A program made the position numbers and the translations under genes. From Candidatus Taenariivivens baikalensis (GTDB taxonomy: Bacteria > Omnitrophota > Omnitrophia > Omnitrophales > Aquincolibacteriaceae), in the NCBI GenBank assembly GCA_009691445.1, contig SICL01000008.1:1-63939 (forward strand): a stretch of DNA of 63,939 nt, given 5' to 3'. Position 1 is the stretch's first letter; each line of letters opens with the position of its first letter. The notes beneath the pieces are model-generated. The model searched no databases. It was not told the DNA's origin and saw only the letters and a list, made by a program, of their open reading frames with translations. Below, piece by piece: positions 53,307 to 62,200 of the stretch.

Positions 53307-53371
53307 AGTTGCCAGTAACCAGTAACCTGACATTCTGAGCTCTGGTTACTAGCAACGGGTTACTGGTTACT
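53307..53371. repeat. AGTAACC-word hairpin between cdaR and pdxJ
   Basis: agtaaccagtaacc (53314-53327) pairs perfectly with ggttactggttact (53358-53371). Extra words agttgcc and agcaacg are present. A T7 run follows on the + strand. Confidence 0.8.
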
Positions 53372-53375
53372 TTTT

Positions 53376-54305
53376 TTATTTCTTCTTCACCGACACATGC
53401 ACCACGGGGATTTTATCCTTCATCGTCACGTCTTCAGGAAGAGCCACGATCACCGGCACCTCATGATCGCCTTCGCTAAGGCTCGCGAGATCGACATAGG
53501 CAAGAATATTTTGCGGCGTTAATTTTTCAAGCTGGCGTTTAGAACCGCTTACCACAAATGATACCTTGAGGGGCTTGATTTCAATCACGTCATTTTTTTC
53601 CGGCGAACGCAAGACCTTAAAAGCAACATCCAAAAATTTCTTTTCTTCAAATTCTTCATTAATCGGAATATGCGCATCGATCAAACTTTCGCTGACCGCT
53701 TTTAAATTAGACGGCAGAGCTATTGAAAGCGTCCGGCGGAAAGAACGGATACGCCCCACCAGATCAATCGGCTCCGTCGAAACCGCATCTAGTTTTTCTA
53801 GCTCCCCCTTGGGTCCCTGAACCAAAATAGCATTCGGATCAAGCTGGATCTGACTTGTTGCCACCTTATAGCCAAAAGCTGGTTCTCCCACAAACTTGGG
53901 TTTGACCGGAAGCTTAACCACAATCAATTCATCCAAAGTCATGCGGATAATTTCCGGCTGAATACTGGTCACCTGGATCTGAGGCTTAGGCAGCTTGATC
54001 TCACGAGCTTCAATCTGGAAAGTGTACTCGCCCGCTTTGGCCATTTCTTTTCCGATTTCATGCACCGCAATAATTTCCACGGACGCAAGATCCGAAAGAA
54101 GATTACGTTGAGAAACCAGCGTAACCTGCAGGGTTTCGGAGGAAAGCTTAAGCACGCTCACATTCGGATTCTGGACATGAATTTTAAGCGGTACCGTTCG
54201 CGTAACCTCCACGCTTTCCTCGCCCACGGCGTAGTTCCAAAGTCCAATCGCCAACACAAGGGAAATCAGCTTCAATCCCCAATCTTTCGTCACCCAGCGG
54301 ATCAT
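53376..54305 (-). CDS. cdaR: YbbR-domain protein (CdaR-like regulator of diadenylate cyclase)
   Basis: N-terminal TM, repeated YbbR-like beta modules, and a 4-nt overlap with cdaA. Confidence 0.7.
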   Translation of the reverse strand: MIRWVTKDWGLKLISLVLAIGLWNYAVGEESVEVTRTVPLKIHVQNPNVSVLKLSSETLQVTLVSQRNLLSDLASVEIIAVHEIGKEMAKAGEYTFQIEAREIKLPKPQIQVTSIQPEIIRMTLDELIVVKLPVKPKFVGEPAFGYKVATSQIQLDPNAILVQGPKGELEKLDAVSTEPIDLVGRIRSFRRTLSIALPSNLKAVSESLIDAHIPINEEFEEKKFLDVAFKVLRSPEKNDVIEIKPLKVSFVVSGSKRQLEKLTPQNILAYVDLASLSEGDHEVPVIVALPEDVTMKDKIPVVHVSVKKK

Positions 54306-55126
54306 TCGGTTTTCATGCCCTTCTTGAAGGTTTGCAGATTTGCCCGGAGAAGGTCCTTTAAGGTTTTTTTGGGTTCATCCTCTTTGAATATTTCCGTTAA
54401 AACCTTGCGCAGCTCCTCCGGATTCAAATCGCGCTTAAGTTCTCCGTAAACGGCAACAGAAATCATTCCCGTTTCTTCCGAGACAATCACGCAAACAGCA
54501 TCGCTTTCTTCCGTCAACCCAATGGCTGCTCGATGCCGAGTCCCCAGTGATTTAGAAAGATCCGTATTCTGGCTTAAAGGAAAAAGGCAGCCGCAGGAAG
54601 CCAAGCGGCCCCCTTCGATAACAATGCCGCCGTCATGAGTAGGATTATTCGGAAAAAAAAGTGTAATCAAAAGATCAGCGCTCACACGGGCGTCCAAAAT
54701 AATACCGTTTTCAATATAATTTTTAAGACCCACTTCTCTTTCAATCGCAATCAACGCGCCAATCTTGTTCCGGGAAAGATGCTCGCAGGCCTGGATCAAT
54801 TCATCGACCGTGCCGCCCTTTTTTAGGAAATTTCCGAAGATGGTCTGCTGGCCAATACGCGCCAGCGCACGGCGAAGTTCAGGCTGGAAGATGATCAGGA
54901 TCGCCACGACGCCGACCGCGAAGAGTTTGGTCAACACCCAATTAATAATATGAAGCTGGAAGATCTTGGCGATATTGAAGATCACGGCCAGCATGATGAG
55001 GCCCATCAAGACCTGCATCGCACGCGTGCCCTGAAAAAAACGGATGAGATAATAGATCAGGACCCAAATGAACAGAACCTCAACCAGAGGCCGCCAGAAG
55101 GAGAGAAGATACCCAAGACTCATCAT
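54302..55126 (-). CDS. cdaA: Diadenylate cyclase CdaA
   Basis: Three N-terminal TM helices and DAC-domain motifs HDGGIVI, GTRHRAAIGLTEESDAVCVIVSEETG. Confidence 0.9.
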   Translation of the reverse strand: MMSLGYLLSFWRPLVEVLFIWVLIYYLIRFFQGTRAMQVLMGLIMLAVIFNIAKIFQLHIINWVLTKLFAVGVVAILIIFQPELRRALARIGQQTIFGNFLKKGGTVDELIQACEHLSRNKIGALIAIEREVGLKNYIENGIILDARVSADLLITLFFPNNPTHDGGIVIEGGRLASCGCLFPLSQNTDLSKSLGTRHRAAIGLTEESDAVCVIVSEETGMISVAVYGELKRDLNPEELRKVLTEIFKEDEPKKTLKDLLRANLQTFKKGMKTE

Positions 55127-55242
55127 TTATTTTTTCCAAAAAGCGAAAATAGGACGGTTAAAATCAGACTGATTCAATGAATGTGTATCATAACACACGA
55201 CGCGAGGCCGAGGCAATGCACGCGGCACGGTTCAGTACCCTT

Positions 55243-56163
55243 CTACCGATTGAGATGCTCAAAGCTCTCCAAAATACTGTCACAAATAAAATCTTCCAGC
55301 CGCGAAAAATCATTTTGAAGCTGTGATTGATTCAAATAAAGAATATAAAACCGTCTTTTTTCCTGACGAATCATGGCCGGCGGAAGATCCCGGGAAAGCA
55401 GCATTCCGTGCAATAAAAGCCTTCCGATTCTTCCATTCCCATCGGAAAAAGGATGGATCTGTTCAAAAATGCTGTGGATGAAGGCCGCATGAGCAATCAC
55501 ATCTTTTCTTTTTTCAGAAATCTTCACAAATAAGTCTTTCATGAGCGCGGGAACTTTTTCTGGGTTGGCCGTCGGAACATTGGCCCCCGTAATCCGTACT
55601 CCATGATTGCGGTATCGTCCCGCATCGTGCTGAATGCTATTCAGTAAAATTCCGTGAAGTTTAAGAACAAGTTCCTCGTCAACCTTTTCCTTTCCTTCCA
55701 GATGATGAAATAAATAGTGGAGAGCTGTTTGATGATTTTTTGCTTCCAATTGTTCCGTCAATGTTTTATCCGGTAAAGCCGCCCCTTCAAATAAAATAGC
55801 GGCGGTTTCAGGTTCCGTAAGCGTGCTCCCCTCAATACGGTTTGTGTGAAAAGTCAGCGAAAGCACAAACTGGTCATAAATATCTTTTTGATTCAGAATC
55901 GTTCTCAGAACTCCCGAATATTTTTTCGATAGCCTTTCGATCTCCTGCTTCTTGGCTTCCAGGACGTTTGAAGGAATAACGTTTTGCCCCGTACACCTGA
56001 GAAAAGTTTCATCGATTTTCTCCCGCGCTTTTTTCCGGGGCAAAGAGCGCCCGTTGATCCAGCTATTTAAGGTAGGGAAAGACACACCCAGCTCCGCCGC
56101 CAGTTTTTCCTGGCTTTTACCCCGGAACTTTTGAATGAGTCTGAGCTTCTCCTGGAGGGTCAC
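55243..56163 (-). CDS. XRE-type HTH fused to a Fic domain
   Basis: The N-terminal QEKLAAELGVSFPTLNSWINGRSLP is an HTH; HPFSDGNGRIGRLL is the Fic motif. Confidence 0.9.
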   Translation of the reverse strand: MTLQEKLRLIQKFRGKSQEKLAAELGVSFPTLNSWINGRSLPRKKAREKIDETFLRCTGQNVIPSNVLEAKKQEIERLSKKYSGVLRTILNQKDIYDQFVLSLTFHTNRIEGSTLTEPETAAILFEGAALPDKTLTEQLEAKNHQTALHYLFHHLEGKEKVDEELVLKLHGILLNSIQHDAGRYRNHGVRITGANVPTANPEKVPALMKDLFVKISEKRKDVIAHAAFIHSIFEQIHPFSDGNGRIGRLLLHGMLLSRDLPPAMIRQEKRRFYILYLNQSQLQNDFSRLEDFICDSILESFEHLNR

Positions 56164-56200
56164 AAAAGAAGGATAGCTAACTTTATAAAGTTTGTCAATT

Positions 56201-56226
56201 ATTAGTAACTTTATAAAGTTACTAAT
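56201..56226. promoter_or_regulatory. Perfect 26-nt palindrome; its 14-nt core is repeated at 56179-56192. Candidate operator of the HTH-Fic gene.
   Basis: attagtaactttataaagttactaat equals its own reverse complement. aactttataaagtt also occurs at 56179-56192, and a half-site ataaagtt near 56241. Confidence 0.55.
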
Positions 56227-56255
56227 AACTCAAAAATACTATAAAGTTAGAAGAA

Positions 56256-59200
56256 TTACGCAGCGGAGGAAGTCTGAAGGGTGGAGTTGAAGAGGGTTTG
56301 CAGAGTTTCGGCCAAGCCTTGAAGCGCGGGAGTATTCAGATACATTAAATTACCCATTTGCTGAAGCACGGGGCCGTATTGTTCTGTCAGTTTTTCTGCT
56401 TTCATTTCGCGCGAATACGCGGCCGTAATCCAGTGCCCTGCTCTCATAATCCTGGAACTTGGATAAGAGGGGCGAACCACCAGAGCTGCAGAAAGATTAA
56501 GACTCTGAAGAATCGTCTCGCGGCCGGTCACCACAAAATAACGGGAAAGATCAGGTTCATTGCCGGATGCTTTGTTCCATAATTTCATTTGTCCAAGCAC
56601 CTGGGCGGAAAGTTTTTGGATTTCGTGATTGATGTTCGCGGTTCTCAGAATCACGCGAATCGTAAAACGATTCTTGAGATTGATTTGATTTTGCGTGGCC
56701 CACTGGGCTTCCTGTCTCACGATTTCCACCGCACGCGCTTGAAGTTCTTTGAGTTTCGCAGAATCCGCCAGTACAACAATTGTTTTCCCTTGGTGCGCGC
56801 TCGCCCAAATCGCACGATTGGCTTGAATCTCTTCCGGTGAAGGCAGGGCATCTTCATAAATATCCGCCACCCAGCCGGGAGTATCCGAAACCAGATCCTT
56901 CTTCTGAAGACTCTGGATCCAGTCCGGCGTCTCGGATTTGTTCAAGGCCTGAACCTGATCCAGTAATGCTCGCTGGTTTTCGTATCCCGTAATCCGGACA
57001 TCAATAAACCTTCCCGCCACCTCCACCACCTGGATCACAGGAAACGCATTCTCCGCGTTTTTAAGCGAATCCAAATCAAAACCAAGCTTTGCCGTGAGCC
57101 TTACGTGGTTTGGATGAGCGGATGACCCGCGTCCTTGTGTGCCGGTTAACTCATCCCGCCTCATCTCGGAACGGGCGGCTTCAAAAGCAATCCGTTTTTC
57201 CGAAACTTCCGTGGCAAAATAATCACGATACTCGGTGTGTGTTTTTAAAGCGATGGCCAAGATGTCTCTTACCTGCGTCCATCGAGAAAGAATCACGCTC
57301 TTGCTCTCTAAAATTTCATGGAGGCTTGTTGCGTAAGCAAATAGGGTATCGAGATCGTCAACGTTCGTGATTCCTCCAGGATATTGGGTAAGATAGATCA
57401 CGGAACTCAAAAGCGTTTCTGGTTTACTCGATCGGTCTGCAGTTAAAAGATAAAGCGTTTCATCCATCGAAGAACCCTCAATAATTCCTTTCATGTAGCG
57501 CTTCAAATAATCCGCATTCTGCCAATTTCGTGTGCGCTCCTCCAAGTCTTGCTGCGCTTCCGTGCCTCTCACCTCGGAGCGAGTCATGGATTCAATTCTT
57601 CTGAGACTTTCAGCCAGCACGGTCGACATCGGCGCCTTGGAATCTTGATGAAGATCAAACTGCCATTGGCCAAGGCCTTGAATACTTTTGCTTACTTCCC
57701 GTTTTAAAGATTCGTACTGGGATAGCGCCAGAGGAATCGATTGATAAAATTCAGCAAAAATAAATTGAAGTCCTTTTTTCGCCTCTTCAATCGAGCCTGT
57801 ATTCACCGACACAGATCGCAAGGCTGGAAGCACCGTCTGAAGAATGCGGCCCGTTTCGTTCAACCGCAGTTGATGACCCAGATAGTTGTAACGACGTTTA
57901 ATCCCGCCCCGCTTCAAAGCAATTTGCTTGAGGCGTTCATCCAAAAATGATTTCACTTCATTCATCTGCTGACGAGCGCCCTCAAGCTGTCCGCTCTTGA
58001 TTTGCGCCAGTGCAAGATCGAGCGACGCACGCGCTTTTGTTTTCTGAGACGTCTTTCCCCACCGCATCCCGCCTTTAGAATTTTGAATCTGCTCCAGGTG
58101 ATAAACAATCTGGTCGCGGCGATAATCTGAAAGCGTGCTCTCTTTGGAACCCAGCATCTCTTCAATAAAATCGAGCGCATTGCGGTGAAATGCAACCGTA
58201 CCGTAATCTTCTTCCTGACTCACTAAAATATGAACTTGCTGCCTGACGGCCGTAGGTAAATCAGCCAGCTTCATTTCCTTCTGTCTCAGGACGTAACCGC
58301 GAATGCTGGCGTCTTTGACCCAAAAGTTTTGCTGGATCGTGACTTGTTTTTTCTCGCCAATTTGCGTCGGGGCCTTGACCTTGATCCGGAAAAGCGAATA
58401 GTCGTAAATTTTCTCAGTGACACCATCCAAACTGGTTACGGGAATTTTCTTCACGCCCGCTTCTTCAATTCTCCGCCGCCAGCTCCAGGCATATTCTTCC
58501 CCGAGCCGCTGATAGAGCTTCCCCGCTGAAACAAGAACAGCCAGAAGCTGATTCCGGGTGAAATCGCTTTTCTGAACTTTGTCCCCATTTTCAATCGCCG
58601 CCAGCATCTTCGAGGCTTTTAGCAGCTGGGCTTTTAAACGCGCCTTGATGAAAAATACCGTGCCTCGGTTTAAGAATTCCAACCGATCCGTGTTTTTCTC
58701 CAAATACGCCTTCTCGAGCTTGGGAATCAGCGCGTGATATTCTTTTTCATAATCAGCGGATTTTTTTTGCAACTCTTCTGCGGAAAGACCCTCTGAACTC
58801 TTGAAGGTCCTATTTTGCTTGGCTTGAATAGCCTCTGAGAGATTGGGATCGGACTTGATGAGTTGGGCAAACCGTTTGATCTGGGGAAGATATTCCTGCG
58901 TCACACTTTGATCAATCTTCGCTGCATCATCGTCGCTTAATTCACCGCTCGCCTTCTGTTGTTTTCGGTAAGTAAACGCGGTATTGATATCGCGATTCCA
59001 CCTGTGAAGCGTTGTCGAGCGTGCCCGTGCTGTTTCCATCCGTTTGAAATAAGCGCGGATCTGACTCTGAATTACCGCAGCCGCTGCACCCGGCGCTGTG
59101 CGAAGTTCCGAGCGAGTGGGTTTACTCTGAGAAACACGGCTGGACAAATTCCTGACTTCCGCGCGAGGCCTGGGATCTGCCCCCCGCAATTCGGGACGGA

Positions 59201-62200
59201 ACCGAACAATTTTGAGCGAATCTATGGGAGTCCTAAGCACATCACGAATCGATGTTCCGCTCTCTATTTTTCTCACCTCGGAACGGCTCCGCCGCCCAAG
59301 GGCTGCCAGCTGAGCTGCTCGAACCACTCTTAGCGTTTCCGCTAATTCCCTATCCCTCCCGTGAACCTGGTTCATTTCTGAAATTTTATCCCTTTCCTCT
59401 TTAATATTCCAAAGGAACTTCTGAATGATCATCGAGGTTTCTCCCGCTGATCGGGAACGCTTGTTATAACGTTTTAAAGATGCCTGAGCTTGTCTAAAAT
59501 AAGTTTCTGCCTTCCGATAGAAATCGAGTTTGTCCGTGTCACTCGGTGACTTTCTGGCCGCATATAAATAACGGGAGGCGATCGACTTTTGAACAAACCC
59601 TTCCCGGATTTGATATTTGTCATAAAACGGATTTGACTGGGGTAAATGCTGCAGGGCCTGTTCGTAGAAGGATAATGCTTTTTGATAAGAGTCAATCAGC
59701 CCATTTCTAATTAAATCAAGCAACGCTCCCGGAGCAGCGCTGCGAGAAACAGCATTAGCTTCTTTGAAATGGATTCTCCCCATCTCCCCCTCAATCATGC
59801 CCTGGGCTGCCCTTCCGGTTTCGGATTTCGAAAAAATATTTTGAGAGCGCATTAAATCCAAGGCCTGAGTTAAAAATTCTGGCTCTACGCTGGGAAAATT
59901 TGCTCTTTCTTCGAGTGAAACATGAGCCTCGAGTTTCGCGGCATGATCTTCTACTTGAGTAAGCTGGTCCGCCGGAATTTTGGATTTTGCAAGCAGATCC
60001 AGAACCTGAGTCACCGTCCCGGAAACAGTTCCTCCGATTTCTGAGACTTGAAAAGCTCTCAGCAAATCAATGGCCGCCTGAATATCCGCCCCCTTTCTCA
60101 CCTCGGAACGAACATGACGGGAAATAATGATCGTTTCCAGAGCCTTCGAGTGCGATCCTGCAGAACGAAGCAGCTTTTTTCCCTGGGGAAGCTGTATCAC
60201 AACATCTTTGCCATTTCCCCAGAGAAACACATTTTTCGCCCCGCGCTCAATGAGATCAGCAATCAAATCACGAAGTACAGCACCACGGTAATGTGTTTTT
60301 CCCGGAACGATGCCAGCAAGGATTTTTCCCTTGGTCGTGAAACCAAAAAAAGTGTGTGGATGAATGCCGGGAAGCAGTTTAATAACCATCTTTTTTTCTG
60401 CTTCACGAATGAAGTATTGGCCGGGCTTGAGGACATTACCGGATTTCGCATCAGCCAGTTTCTGATATTCCCAATTTTCGAAAACCCTGTCGCGCTCTTC
60501 GGGAGTGATCCCAAATGTATCCAGAGGACTTAAATCCAGTTCAATCGCTTCTCCGCGCAAAGATTTTTGAACCAGCTCATGATTACGGTAAATCTCGCCC
60601 TTTCGGTCACTCACTCCCAAATGAATCTGTTTGGTTCCCCGCTCAAACATGGGCAAACGAAAAAGATGGCGAAGATCATCAAATTGCTTCGCGACTTTAT
60701 TCAAATTGTCCCGTCCATTTTTAACAATGTGCTGGCCGTAAATGGCATATCTAATTTTTTTAGCAATATTTTTTCCCGATTCGTCAAAAACTCCTATTTT
60801 GCCTTTCTTGTTTTTGAACCAAAGTTTTTGGATGCTCATCGTGCCGTCGGTCCAAATCACCAGCATATCCCGCGGCTTTAAAGCATCTCTTTGATAATGG
60901 AATAGTTTTCCATCCACAACACCCGCAAACCAATCATTGAATCCAAGATTGCCGTTGGGAAGCACGGCAAGAATTTCCTCATCCGGATGAAGCCGCTTAT
61001 GCCGTTTTAAAAATTCTCTACGGCTGATTCTCACATTGGCAATCTGGGGCGATGCGAAATTGATAGACTCATGATCCCAGTAAATCTTATTATTCACGCG
61101 ATCAAAATGAATCCGTCCGACACCGTCACGAAAAGCTTCTTCGACAACCTGCAAACTAACGCGGACCTGATCCGATTTAAAAATCCTCACCACCGGTTTC
61201 TCGATTTTGAATTCTAATTCCGTCTCACGCTTCATCCTCATCTCCGAACGAATGGTCTCCGTGTTTACCGCCCAAGAATCTTTATCTGTCATCTTCGCCA
61301 TTTCTTTTAAATCAAACGGAACTTTCTGAACCCGGATTTCTGAGCGGGGTTTGCGTTGAAAAGGTCCGGAATCGCCACTGTCGCCATCTCTCGTCGAGCG
61401 GTTCATTTCCTTCCATAATTCATAAACCTCGGGGTCGTCGGTCGTAGAATTTTGAATGGTGGTTCGATTGATAAGCGCTTTCGGATCTTGACTGACACCC
61501 TCCTGGGCATAAATACTACTAGTGATCTTGGCAAGTGGACCCAAGTGCATCCAGGAAGCTGTAACAAGGGGCGCCATGCTTGCCGCACCCAGCGCAATGA
61601 TCGGACCTTTTGAAGCAAAGCCTTTATGATTGTTATAAGCTGGACCAAGAATCACAATGAGATCAGGATTCCTGTTCACAAAACGCTTTGCGAGCATCCC
61701 TGTCAAATTTTGATTGGCTAAAAGATAGCGAAAATGTTTCGGCGCTTTTGTCACTCCATGCTCCGTCAATGCCTGTTGAATGACAAACCACGCATTCGGT
61801 AAAATCGTTTCCAGCTTGCGAAGAGAAATGGGCACCAAAACTGATTCGGGTTTTGCGCTTTCAGAAGGCCTCTTCAAAACTTCATCTTGAAGTCCATTGA
61901 GTGTGTCTAATAATGCTCTTTGGATCTCTGCGCTGGCATCTTGAATCTTGCTGCCCGTATAAGTCGTTTTCGTGCTCAATCTTGCCTGATCTTCCGCCAC
62001 AATCTTATTTTGCGCATAAAGGAACCAACCCGGATTTGCTCCCTTCTCCAGATAAATTTCCGCATTCGATATAATACCGCCGCTTATCTGCTGGCTGCCG
62101 CTCAGCATAATCACGGGCCCATAGGAAATAACGCTGTCTTGATTTCGATAATTAGGTCCCAAAATAACAACCGTCGTAGGATCGGTGTTGATAATGCTGC

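Noticed and set aside
53358-53377. Perfect 14-bp stem plus T7 considered as an intrinsic terminator
   Set aside because: The T-run follows the stem only on the + strand, where no gene ends. On the coding strand the stem is preceded by an A-run instead.
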